Below are positions 27,610-40,427 of a stretch of DNA of 64,000 bases, piece after piece; positions within the stretch are counted from its first letter, which is position 1, and every line of letters begins with the position of its first letter. The notes under the pieces are model-generated. The model was not told the origin of the DNA and searched no databases. It saw nothing but the letters and a program-made list of their open reading frames with translations. The translations under genes were made by a program, and so were the position numbers. The stretch comes from Eledone cirrhosa (taxonomy: Eukaryota): positions 83,700,001 through 83,764,000 of the forward strand of contig OZ024740.1 of the NCBI GenBank assembly GCA_964016885.1. The letters are read 5' to 3'.

Positions 27610-28771
27610 GACCTTTACGCCTCATTTCCTGAAACACACGCTGCGTATCAACCGGGAAGAAGCACCATTGAGCAAATCCTAGCTATTCAACAAATCATTG
27701 AGAAACCAATAGAATTCAACAACCCTGTGTACATCACCTTGATTGAATTCACAAAAATATTTGACAACGTAAAACTACCCAGCTTATGGCAACTCTTAAA
27801 CAAAAATACATCCACGTACTGAAAGAAACTTACACCAATTCAACAGCATATGTCAAAACAGATTTGGAAACTGCACGCCCTATAGATATCTTGAAGGGAG
27901 TTAAGCAGGGGGGTGTTATCAGCACTTCTTTTCTGTATAACTGCACTTATCTACCAAAATGAAGAAGAATGCTCCTTTGGCTATCAAATAGGAGGTATAA
28001 AATCTTAGCTATGCAGACGATCTGGCCATCATGAGTTACTCTAGAACTGATCTGCAAAACTTTCTGAATGTACTGGCCAAACATTCGCTGGAGGCTGGCT
28101 TACACATCAACATCTCCAAAACAAAGCGTATGAGAACTGATAAAAACAATGCCAATCTCCAACTCACAATCTACAACCAGAAAATTGCTCAAGTTACAGA
28201 GTTTATATATCTCGGTCACAAACTTTCATCAAACAACAATGAAATGGTTGCTGCACAGTATCGCATTGCTCTAGGTTCGGCAACTTTCAACAACTACAAA
28301 GAAGTACTAACATCAAAACGAGTATCCTATCATTTGAAGGCGAAGATCTTTGATACTTACATCCTACCAGTTATGTTAGATGGTCTTGACTGTGTTAATT
28401 GAATGGCAAGGTCACTTCAGAAGCTCTCTACATTCCAGAACCACATCATGAGACTTATGACTGGCAAGCGGCTCAGTGACCGTATCTGTATCAGTGAGCT
28501 ACTTAAAATCTCCAAACTGAGACCAATTACATCAATTCTCAAGTCAAGAGTACAATCTATATGGTCATATAAAAAAATAAACTCGTGGTGTGAGTAAGTT
28601 ATGCCTGGTAAGAGAAGCAGAGGCCGGCTGCCAAAACGATGGCTTGACAATGTCAACTTATGGACTGGATTTAATCTTTGCTCTTTGAACTCTGCTGTTG
28701 GTAATCGAACTTTGTGGAGAGATATCTCCTGTTGATGCGCAGTCTGCAACTGGCAGAGTTTGGCGTCATAA

Positions 28772-28775
<4 letters not shown>
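27610..28775 (+). pseudogene. RTE-clade LINE RT fragment
   Basis: QPGRSTIEQI, KGVKQG, SYADDL, GLHINISKTK, FIYLG. Confidence 0.88.
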
Positions 28776-28811
<36 letters not shown>

Positions 28812-29283
28812 CGAAGGAAATGTGGTAAGGAACCAGGTGGACCAAAACGCACCAAAGTACTCAATACTTAGGGTAGTAGAGTGGGTAATAGGAACAAGGA
28901 AGACCCCGACGGCTGAGCTCAAGCCGTTTCGATGGCTAATTCTGTCATATATATATATATATAATTATATATATATATGTGGGCGCGTGTGTGTGTGTGT
29001 ATACATGTATACACATATATATGTATATATATGTATATCTGGATATACATATATATATTCATGTGTGTATATATATATGTAAATCCATATATATATATAC
29101 ATATAATAATAATATTATTTATAGTTATGTATACACTATATACAACTATAAACAGGAAAGGTCAGTAATTTCTTACTACCTAATTACCAGTAGGAAAAAT
29201 AGCTCAATGTAAATACATGAGATGTTTTACAGAGCCGGAATATAAGTTACACAATAATCAAAGCTATGTTAAGATCATTTTAT

Positions 29284-29330
29284 TGCTGACAATCGTTTCT
29301 TCCAAACTATCGTTTGGAATCATCGGAGCA
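29284..29330 (-). ncRNA. Hammerhead ribozyme motif (CCGAUGA core)
   Basis: tgct-CCGATGA-ttccaaac-gata-gtttggaa-GAAAC-gatt-GTC-agca: stem I 4 bp and stem II 8 bp, both perfect. Confidence 0.8.
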
Positions 29331-30021
29331 GTAGCAATGTTTGTACATATAATTAAACTCCTATTCAACTGAAGAATCATATAGATACATGGATATTAAT
29401 CTTGTCAACAACAGTTTCATATTTACAGAGTGGAATGGATGCGACTTAGATTAAAAGAGAATTGTACAATAATTAAAATTAAAAATTAAAAATTAAAAAT
29501 TAAAAATTAAAAATTAAAAAGGCATGCAAGCGACAGAGATTATAAAGGAATAGTATAACAATTAAAGAGACATTAAGGTAGAAAGTTACTCGTAAAAAGA
29601 GGACATTAGCAGTACATATGCAAGCGTAAAGAGAGTGCAAATGCATTAGTCATATACAGGAAGGAAACAAGCAATGGTATTAGGCATATATAATGTTTTG
29701 CAAGGCAAAGGTATCACATGAATTAAGCATATCAGGCAAAGCTGTTTTTGTATTAAAACTACGGTGGATGTAGTGTGACGGTTGTTTCTGTAATGTTAAA
29801 TGTATATGTGCTGAGAGTATCAATGTTATTGCTATCTTTTCCGCTACATTGGCTATATTTTATTTTAATGAATGTTTTTAATCAGTCAAGGCCATGGATT
29901 GTACACCGGTCCTATTATATTGCTATCAGGGTTTCAAGTTGGTGTAGACTGATTATTCCAACGATTGTCAGCAATAAAATGATCTGGACATAGCTTTGAT
30001 TATTGTGTAATTTATATATAC

Positions 30022-30053
<32 letters not shown>

Positions 30054-30058
30054 ATGTA

Positions 30059-30116
<58 letters not shown>

Positions 30117-30119
30117 TAT

Positions 30120-30290
30120 GTGGAGCCCCTACATGTAAACACTGGAAGCGGAACACCAGGGTTACCGTATGTTGATGCCCTAAGGACAGACACTGGTCTG
30201 TTGGAAACGCAGGACATGGCAGCGATAATGAGGGACAGAGACCGCTGGAGAGAACTCGTCCATGGATCTCGGGAATTTTACCCGCCCTAG
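30120..30290 (+). pseudogene. RTE-like 3' end fragment
   Basis: YVDALRTDTGL..MRDRDRWRE C-terminal pattern. Confidence 0.6.
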
Positions 30291-30910
30291 AAAAAAAATA
30301 TATATATATACATATATATACAGAAACACACACATGGTATAATGACTGCATATAATTCGGTATATAGTTCGTCAGTCATTATACCATGTGTGTGTTTGTG
30401 TGTGCATCTATTAGACAGACTGCAGTTTCCCCTTTATCTATCTGTCTGTGTTCCTGCCTGTCGTACACGCAAGAGCCATGTTTGGGTAACCGGTCTTACT
30501 CGATACGACAGCAAAATAAACCTTAGCTTCTCAACAAACACACATTGATTTGTACCTCTATGTATAACTCTGTATCTATCTATCTAACTACCCACGTATC
30601 TATCTATCTATGTCAAGGGATTTTGTTTTATTATAGTTCATTTAATAATTTTACAATTGTTTGTATTTCTTTCCCCCATTCTTCTGGCAATCACAATAAT
30701 CGATTTCAACTTCCTGAATTCATTTCCATATTCTGAACTACAGAAACTACAGAAACCATTCTCCAAAGGAGAGTGAACTGCATTTGCCTAGTCTATATAT
30801 AATACTAACTGAGGTACCCAGCTTCGCTAAGTTTAACAAATGATAAGAGAAGACCGGCAGAAGAGAAAACGTCCGTATTGAATGCATTGTTCTGTTTACA
30901 GCGTGTGAGT

Positions 30911-30961
<51 letters not shown>

Positions 30962-31645
30962 ATATATATATGTGTGTGTATATATATATATATATGTGTG
31001 TGTGTCTGTGTGAGTGTTCGTGCGTATGCATGCATGTGTGTGTAAACCACCGTTGGAAGACATAGGCCACGAAACACTATCATCACTGACAACGAACTCG
31101 CAGAGAGAATCCCTTATGGTTGATTCCCAACCTGCTAGAAATAGCAGTCAGGTTGGTTAGCATACGTGATATGTCTTTCTTCTTCTTTGGTGTGTTAAAA
31201 TTAGTATCAATAAACTTTCCTGGATATACTCTTATCCCACTCCTCTACATACTTTCCAATTGTCACTTTTCGTTTTTTTCGTGTGATACGTGAAGGAACC
31301 AACAAACATCTCTCTTTTATAACTCTTTTATTTGTTCATTAAAATTATTTTTCAGCTAATTCTGTCGTACAATATACATCAGCAATCGTTATCTAATGTT
31401 TAAAACATATGAATAGCTGCGATATATGCATCATATCAATCAAAAGCGATATGAGAATTGAATACCATACTAAAGTGCCAGTAAGCTTGCTAAGAACCTG
31501 CAGATAGAAATGTTAATAAATACATTTGGCTTGGGTAAACTTTAAGATGTTCTTTCATTGTAGGTTTCTTTTCTCCTTCCTCTCCTCTCCCTTCTTTATC
31601 TCTCCCCCCTCTCTATCTCTCTCTCTCTATATATATATCTATATA

Positions 31646-31693
<48 letters not shown>

Positions 31694-31791
31694 TATTGAA
31701 ATTTCCGTTGAAAACAAAATGTCATAGAAGTGAAGAGTGCTCTATGTAAGTACCAGAGCAAAATTTAATGTATAAAAATCAATACAATATA

Positions 31792-31869
31792 ATTACCTCA
31801 TTACCAGAGGTTTTCCGAATGAGGCGAATACGAAAGAAACGTCTTCATTCGTTCGTCAGACGAGGCAAT
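31792..31869 (-). ncRNA. Hammerhead ribozyme motif
   Basis: attgcctcgt-CTGACGA-a-cgaatga..tcattcg-GAAA-a-cc-tct-gg-TA-atgaggtaat: 10-bp stem I (two G-U pairs), 7-bp stem II. Confidence 0.8.
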
Positions 31870-33021
31870 ATAAAACATGGCTAAATACTTGGAAAGTCTC
31901 ATCAAGAAAAGCAAAAAAATTTTATAAATATAGATAAAGGAATTACAATAGCCATATGAATTATATAAAAATCTTTCAAGAAATATAGTTAGGTGTGTGT
32001 ATATGTATGTATATACGCTCACGGATGTACATATGTGTGTATGTACAAATGTGTACGTATAGTGAAAAAGTGTGTTAGGGCAAGTGTATCTGTGTATCTG
32101 TAACTACAGACAGACATGATATGATTGTCCGTTTAGCAGGTACACAGAAAAACAGGGTATTAGATACATTATAAGAATATGAAGGCACGCGTATAAACAC
32201 ACACACACGCACGTACACTTATATGCGGAAGAAAAAGAGGTAAGGGAGTGTAATAGTAAAAATAATGTATCATTCTCGATATATTTATAAAAATGGAACA
32301 ATAATTTAGAAAGAAAAAATTAAAGAAAAGAAGACAAACAAGGTACACGCGTACACACACACATATATCTACAAGAAACGTATATCTATAAGAAATATAT
32401 ATATATACACGCAAAAACGTGCAGACAAAAGCGTATGCAAGCATACATACACACACAGGAAGCACATATATACGTATATACGCCTCGCCCCATGTATATC
32501 TAATCACGCGCACGCACGTGACTGTATACACACTCACACACACACACACACAAATATACATGCCTATACACATACGTAGACTTACACATCCATACATTCA
32601 GTACGCACACACACACACACACACATACATACACTCACGCATATTGACCTGTTTACATGCACACACATAAAAATGAGGATGTAAAAAAAACAAAAAACAT
32701 AGATGTAAAAACACAGATATAAAAAAAACACACATACATACACACATATATATATATATATACACGCACGCGCACGCACATACGGAGGCGTTCGTGTACA
32801 TATATAGAAAGTATACACACATTAAGGCGCTCAGACACATAGATACAGGGTGTAAAAAACCTTGTGGATAAGTAAGTACAAATATAAAATTATAAGATTG
32901 GCTGCGAAATAACAGAAAATATCTCGGGTGGAAAACGCAAATGAACTGTGTAATCAGGTAGTGAAGAAAATAGGGAAGTAAAAAGTGGAAAGTGAAGATA
33001 TATATATACATATATATACGG

Positions 33022-33598
33022 CTAGGTTTACCCGCAATTTATCTTTTCAGGAATCCCCCCCCTCCACTCCAGTTCAAAGATACCGCATGCCCTCTCAAAT
33101 CAGCGATGGGGTGGTGGGGCTGTTCAGCAGCCAGTACGTTAAAGAAAATTGATAGTTACAACAATAAGGTTGAACAGAGAACATATTTTTTAACAAATTT
33201 TACAACCATAGTGGAAATTCCAAGTAACAGAAAATACATAAATTACATTGTTAGATCCTCAGAGTATACAATATTTTTTGTTCGGCCCTCGGGAGCAAAG
33301 ATGAAGAGATTGTTTGGCGATCACACCCTAGCGCATCCTACATACAATTGACCATAGTTTTCCCAGATGAAGGCCAGCCACTTTTAGGGTTTGGCCCTGA
33401 GCTTTGTTGATGGTAATCTCTCTGTTGCTCTAGTAACATCTTTTCTTGTGGAAAATCTGATATTGAGGCCAGGCTAGGACTTTTGGGTGGCATATTGGCA
33501 GTATCAATGACGACAAGCCGTCTGTGCTTGCGTGAAATAAATACGTTTGTTTATATTTTGTTTTTGTGTATGCAAAAATATCTGTACACGAATATATA

Positions 33599-33677
<79 letters not shown>

Positions 33678-34052
33678 AACAGATTAAAGTTTAAGCAAAG
33701 AATCGCTACTTTTACCCTTAACGGGATCTTCTGAAACTAAAAAATCAATCTGTAAACGCAGAAGTAAATATTTCTAAAAACGTTGCAACCGAAAGCAAAC
33801 AGAAAGATGATACTTTGGTTCGTGAAGACATTAGGAATGTCGTATAACCGGAAGTGTTGACATTTGAAAATGTTAAAGAAGTGAATATTTAAATAATGTC
33901 TTTCATCTTTTAACAAAATTCAGTAGACGAAGATTCCCTCACTTTTTTACTTGGAAAAAGTAACATATATGGTGCAACTTTGGTGCTGTTTGGTCCAGCC
34001 GTTTGGCGGAAAGTTTGTTACCTACATACGGCCGTCAGCTTTATAGTATAGA
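33022..34052 (-). mobile_element. Non-autonomous Helitron with helicase C-terminal remnant
   Basis: INKAQGQTLKVAGLHL..GQLYVGCARV..TKNIVYSE at about 33248-33412; CTAG at 33022-33025; tentative 5' TCTATACTATAAAG at 34052. Confidence 0.65.
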
Positions 34053-34207
34053 TAAATGAAAGATGTTTATTGGTTGAAACACACAAAACGACACACACAT
34101 ACACAAACACACACATCTAAAAAAAGTGAGAGAGAGACAGCCGGAGAGTTAGAAAGAGAAAGATAAGCCGTTATACAGAGACGGATGCAATGAAAGTGTT
34201 AGATATC

Positions 34208-34317
<110 letters not shown>

Positions 34318-34443
34318 CAACAAAAATATCAGTTGAAGCTTTAACCATATTGCGTTAGCTTTCATAAAGTCGTTTTACAGTCTGAATTTATAGAATAAAG
34401 AAAAATTGATACTATTAAAAATTAATATACCCTCCAGCTTGTA

Positions 34444-34768
34444 TCCATATACTACTCGTACTAACGGATCAAAACACCAGAAGCAATGTTATGCGGTATT
34501 TTGGTGTGTTTCACATGACGTCCTTTGGAGCTGAAAAAGATCATACTGACTATGGTTATTTCACAAAATTTAAAATCCAAGGCCAATGCTACCATTCAAT
34601 CGGCAGTTTACTCCCCCAGCCTAATAAGGAAGTGTTATTATCTTTTTTTTATATCTCTCTCACACACATATTACGGTCTTACTTCATACCAGACAACACA
34701 TTCAATACAGTCGATTTATCCGTCTTCTCTTTACTGTTCTACCCGGCGAAGCCAGGTACCTCAGCTAG
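34444..34768 (+). mobile_element. About 325-bp mini-Helitron
   Basis: A|TCCATATACT start; FHMTSFGA..FKIQGQCYHSIGSLLP RepHel N-terminal motif; ccggcgaagccagg hairpin + CTAG|T. A related 3' end lies on the minus strand near 30805. Confidence 0.7.
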
Positions 34769-35869
34769 TAGTATTATAAAATTAAATTGTTTAGAACTAC
34801 AAGTGAAGTCATTCTGGTCCCTTTTTCAAATATACCTAACTGGATCAAGGAGTTCACACATTTTCCAATATATATATATTAGCTGTGACCAGTTCCATTC
34901 TCTCCATCTCCCTTCTTATTATTAACTCTTTTCCTAACTGCCTCTCCCTTTCTTTCTTTCATTTCTTTCTCTCCCTTTCGCTCTCACTCTCCCCTCATGT
35001 GGTCTCTCTCTCTCTCCCTCTCACACTCAGTTATCATCTCTTTCTTTCTGCTCTCCCACTACTTCCGTTTTCTCTCCCTCTTTTCGCCAGCTCCGGCGTA
35101 GGTTAGACGTGTTTTCTATGCTCTCCATATCTCGCGGTTAATAAGACCCCGGGCTTATGACCGACCACCGGTTTACTTTCCCCTCTTTCCCCGTCCCCTG
35201 GTTACTTTCCATACATGTTCGCTCTTCGTGTTCCCACTCTCTATCGTTATGTTTAGTGCGTTTTTTTTGTTTTGTTTTTTTTTCTTCTTTTTTTCCCTTC
35301 TGCTTAATTTGTTTTCTCTCTCTTTCCTGCTTCCCCATTAAATTCCAAAGCTTATTGACGCACTTGGGATAGACGGATTGTTTTTAAGCGATGAAACAAT
35401 CCGAGACCCCGAGCAGACAACTGAAGACGGGACTATCTCTTGTTTGTGCTTTCCTTTCATTTCTAAATACAATTTATCAGTAACCTCACACCACCTTGTT
35501 TCCTATATATATATATTAGTAAAAAGGAAAAGAAAATGGTCACAAATTTTTTCCAGTGAAAAGTAGTTTAATTAGGAATAAGTACAAATTAGTAATAAGT
35601 ATTCGTTACTATTCAGTTTTAAGTTTTAAGTTTTTACCGGTTGCGCATTTCTAATGCTTTTCAAAAATAATTTTGAGATAGTGCGCTCGTGATGTTTGCT
35701 CTAATCTGGAGATTAAATTAATTTTCACTGAGAAAAAATTTGTCAGCATTTTTTTTTCCTTTTTACTAATATATCACAACTCGTGTGTCACACCTCTATT
35801 TTTTTTTAAATATATATATATATCCTTATCGAGCCCTCTTTGGATTTTAGTCTTCACATCTATTATTAT

Positions 35870-35923
<54 letters not shown>

Positions 35924-35946
35924 ACACATACACACACACACACACA

Positions 35947-36116
35947 CAGGGTGGTCCAAAACACATCTTACCTATTTGTATTAATACAACACTGCAAATC
36001 TAATATATCTTGGAGGGGTATTTTTCCATAATTAGATATTGTTTTTATTCAACTATAATCTGAAAGAAAAAAAACTATATTGTATTTTTTTTCTATAGGA
36101 ACTGATCTTTGGCCTA

Positions 36117-36179
<63 letters not shown>

Positions 36180-36270
36180 GTGTCCAAAACAATGTATACA
36201 CATTTTGATTACCTGTACAGGTTATATGTTATTAGAATGCTGTTGAAGTATACATTTTGTGGGGACACTA
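35947..36270. mobile_element. Two small Tc1/mariner-like MITEs
   Basis: Imperfect TIRs cagggtggtccaaa/tttggcctactctg and agtgtcc..aatgtatac/gtatacatt..ggacact, in TA context. Confidence 0.45.
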
Positions 36271-36447
36271 TATATATATGCTTGGATATATGTATTAATT
36301 TATCATTAGTATAGAATAAAGTTTAGGTATTTTAACCAAAGACTTTATGCTTTCATTCTATACTGCATCTTCTGAAGCTCATATATTTATGTATATATAT
36401 ATATATACATATATATGTGTGTGTGTTTGTTTGTGTGTGTGGGTGTG

Positions 36448-37167
36448 TTTAAATTGAAGAAACCAAGGTTTTTAAATCAAATGCATCTTTCATCTCTACA
36501 ATCGTTTCCATACAGAAGTGAGACATGCAAACAGTGAATCAATCTGTTATAATTGATTGGTATTAACATTTTATATAAACTCCTGTGCATATCTGCAGGA
36601 GTATTTAAGAAAGGAGTATTTAAGAAAGATTTAATTTCTTACAACACGTAACAAGAATATTAGCAAATAATTGTTTCTACTTTAGGCACAAGGCCAGAAA
36701 TTACGCAGTGCATTACTGGTACCTTATTTTATCGACCCCGTAAGGATGAAAGGCAAAGTCAAACTCGGCAAGATTTGAACTAAGATCGTAAAGGGATGTA
36801 ACTATGCTGGAAAGCATGGCGTCGGACCCTCTACCGATACTGCCAATCCACCGTTAGCAAATAATGACTATGAGAAACAACTGAGAAAAGCAACAAACAG
36901 ATGCAAGTAGATAAATGGTAGTCTACTGGACTTGCAACTGTTTTCTGCATTCTTTCAGCGTTTTCCTTATATTCATTGTTTGCTAATATTCCTGCTACGT
37001 GTTGTAATGAATTAAATTTTTCTTCCATAATCCTGAAGATATGTATGTGAGGATTTAATTCGACAGATTGATTCATTGTTTGCACACACATGTTTCGCAT
37101 TTGTATAGAAAAGATTTTAGATATTAAGATGGATTTGGTTTAAAAACCTTGCATTCTTCAATTCAAA
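36448..37167. mobile_element. Foldback element (about 200-bp arms) interrupted by a SINE (36672-36853, minus strand)
   Basis: 36448-36670 is the inverted match of about 36975-37167. SINE TSD ttagcaaataat at 36660-36671 and 36854-36865. Confidence 0.75.
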
Positions 37168-37333
37168 TGTTTATGTTCTGCTGCCTACACCATTCTCAAT
37201 AACAAAAAATATATCTTTCGCCATACACATACAATTGGCTTCGAATTCCTAATTAATGTCCATCCCAAGTGCATATTGAACATTTTACATCTTACTAAAA
37301 AAAAAATACCGGATTATTCTACTATAATTACTC

Positions 37334-37364
<31 letters not shown>

Positions 37365-37367
<3 letters not shown>

Positions 37368-39729
37368 GTTTGAGATTCACCACTGGATAGAGCTGGTCAA
37401 TTTCGTATGGTCAATCTCAATGTTTCTTTCTTTTCTTGTGGCATGATATTAACGCTGACTTATGTTCCTATTCCTTTCTGTTTTCCTTTATTTGACCGGT
37501 AGTAGCACACTGTAAGGTTTAGCCACGTCACTTGAGGGCGACCGGCAAAGGTGGAAGATGCTGGATGGCGGTCGTCTTCGAGTCTTTGATTTTCAGCCCC
37601 ATGGATTTTATCTATTACATTCACTTATTACATTTCTAATACCTGATGATATCACCAGATTCATACGGAACCGGTCATTGAAATGATCATAGTATAATAA
37701 ACCTATCAAGGATTTACACAAGTCCAGCCTCCTGTCATTTCATTATAATATTTAACTCCGTACTAGCACCACCAACTACAAAAACAAAGACGGTTGAGCT
37801 GCTTTACGTTGAGTACTCTCCATATTATTACATTGAGATTGACCATACGGAATTGACCAGCTCTATCCAGTGGTGAATCTCAAACCTGAATAAATAATGC
37901 TCCTGAAATGTTGAGCACTTCCAAATGTAATAATGAACAGCGGCATGGGACTGAATATATCTATCCACCATTCGGATTTTGGCTACTCAGTGTTTTTGCC
38001 TACCGCCCACCTGGCCCATTGCTACTTCCCTCTCAGAATATTCAGACTTCGACGAAATTCTACAGGTTATACCATAACATGTATTGTACAGTACCGTGTT
38101 GACTAAATTCGCTATCCTATACTTCAGGGCATGTATAACTCACACTGAATTCTCAGACACGAACACACACTGATTCCATTTCCACATCTATATGCATTAT
38201 CTGACTGCAACTTGAACTATATTGTATTTCTCCATTTACTCCACCACCACTCTTGTTTGTTTATTTATATATTTATATCTTTCTACCTTTGCTGTATTAA
38301 TGTTTTGTCCACGTATTCTACTTCTATACATCCATGTACTGTTTACTTCTTTTATTCGGACTTTTAGTCGCGTGTACCCATTAGCACACGACAATAGAAT
38401 GTCTCCCCCTGGGAACATAAATACTGCAACCTGAACTATATTGTATTTCTCCTATGTCTTGATTTCTCCATCTTACTCCACCACCACTCTTGTTGGTTTA
38501 TTTATATATTTATACCTTTGTTTTATTAATGTGCTTTTCCACGTATTCGACTTCTATGTGTCCATGTATTTCTACTCCTCTTATTGGGACTTTTGCTCAC
38601 TTGTACCCATTAGCACAGGACACTAGAATGTCTCCCCCTGAGAACAAAAATAAATATTACCCGACTATATCCCTTACTCTATATCCAACTAGGACAACTT
38701 ATAGAAGATGTACATAATACAATTAACGTGTCTTCATAAAAGACTCTCTTTAACTAAATCCCGCAAACCAAAACCTTAAAAAAGTTGTTTAAATTTTAAT
38801 TTTCAATTTTCTATTTGATCAATTCTCAATCTTCTTACTCTTTAATTTTATAATGTTATTCTGAATTCTTTCAACTTCATCCTATAAATCTAAACAATAT
38901 TTTAACGTTCCAACTTTCTGTCGGACTGTTGGGTTGCTTTTCCTGGCGGCGGGACCGGCCCCCTGGCGCATAGTCCTACCTTGAGTGCTTGGAAAAATAA
39001 ATTTCCCCTTCTTTCGGTAAATGAAACTACTCGGAGTGGCTTGATTCGCCCCAGGGGCCCCGCGCGCAGCCGGTTTTTTGAGCGACATATAGTACCTTTA
39101 AATTACAGATCAAATCAGAACTATTAGATGTATCACGCCTCCCTCTACTTAAGCAAATCCCCCTCCTGGGTAAAGCAATAGTACTGGTTTTGTACAAGAA
39201 TGGCCTAAAGATGCGGGCTGACTTCCTGCTCGCGCACCTGAAGCCTGTTATACATTCCTTTTTTTTTTTACAACATTCCTGGCCTGACTGTAATACCGAC
39301 CTTTCCTCCTCTTTCTTTCTGTCTTTCTTCTTATAACTGACATTAATCCTGGCTTCTCTTCTTCTTCCTTTTCTTCCTTCCCCCTCTTCTCTCTTCTTTC
39401 TTTCTTTCTTTTCTTGTGGCATGATATTAACGCTGACTTATGTTCCTATTCCTTTCTGTTTTCCTTTATTTGACCGGTAGTAGCACACTGTAAGCTTTAG
39501 CCACGTCACTTGAGGGCGACCGGCAAAGGTGGAAGATGCTGGATGGCGGTCGTCCTCGGGTCTTTGATTTTCAGCCCCATGGATTTTATCTATTACATTC
39601 ACTTATTATATTTTGAATATCTGATGATATCACCGGATTCATACGGAACCCGGTCATTGAAATGATCATAGCATAATAAACCTTTCAAGGATTTACACAA
39701 GTCCAGCCTCCTGTCATTTCATTATAATA
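37365..39729 (+). mobile_element. Non-coding element bounded by about 330-bp direct repeats, each with a hammerhead-like motif
   Basis: Direct repeats 37423-37751 and 39401-39729; inverted repeats 37365-37423 and 37830-37888; internal about 220-bp tandem duplication 38205-38655; (TA)n flanks. Confidence 0.75.
37631..37685 (+). ncRNA. Hammerhead-like motif (GGAA in place of GAAA); second copy at 39610-39665
   Basis: cattt..CTGATGA-tat..ata-c-GGAA-CCGG-TC-attg-aaatg. Confidence 0.55.
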
Positions 39730-39847
39730 TATATATATATATACATACATGAGTAATTATAGTAGGAAAAAAAATGAAATCGAAAGATGAAATCGAAAAT
39801 GCAACTGGAGTCTTTTTTTTTGTATAAATATATATTTATTTGGTTTG

Positions 39848-39880
39848 CTTTACCGGTTTCGCAGTACTGCTTTTCAAAAG
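39848..39880 (-). ncRNA. Minimal hammerhead (UUGAAAA core), inverted copy
   Basis: ctt-TTGAAAA-gcag-ta-ctgc-GAAA-CCGG-TA-aag. Confidence 0.65.
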
Positions 39881-39913
39881 GAGAAAAGCCACAAACGCTC
39901 CATCTCAATTCTA

Positions 39914-39949
39914 CTTTTGAAAAGCAGAAGAACTGCGAAACCGGTAAAG
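39914..39949 (+). ncRNA. Minimal hammerhead (UUGAAAA core)
   Basis: ctt-TTGAAAA-gcag-aagaa-ctgc-GAAA-CCGG-TA-aag. Confidence 0.7.
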
Positions 39950-40240
39950 GAACCAAATAAATATATATTTAAAAAAAAAAGACTCTATTTGCATTTTCGA
40001 TTTCATCTTTTTTGCTTATACTTTTACTCGTGTATGACTCCGGTCTCTTTTCATTTTTTTTTTTCATTTTTTTTCCATAGCAGTGACATTTGCCACACCA
40101 CCACATCCAATACCTGCCTTTTCAAAATATTTTCACCTAATAATTCCTTTTTTCAAATGACCTACCTTTTCAGGATCCCTCCACGATTCTCCCTGTCCCC
40201 CAAGTCTTCCATTATTTGTACTATCTTTGGTATTGAAAAT

Positions 40241-40299
40241 TTAGTCTTGTCTGATGAACCTGTTATTGCACATGTGAAAGACCAGAGTAACAAATCTAA
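40241..40299 (+). ncRNA. Hammerhead motif with degenerate stem III
   Basis: ttag..ttgt-CTGATGA-ac..gt-GAAA-gaccagag-TA-acaa..ctaa. Confidence 0.6.
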
Positions 40300-40427
40300 G
40301 TATTAAGTCATATTATATGGATATTTAAACCCTACTTCGGTATTGGGTACTCCTTTCCCTCCTCCGTTAACTAAATACAGAAACACACACGCACACACTC
40401 ATCTATATATAAATATATATATATATA

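Noticed and set aside
35365-35445. Hairpin with GAAAC and CTGAAGA
   Set aside because: Order and pairing do not form a hammerhead topology.
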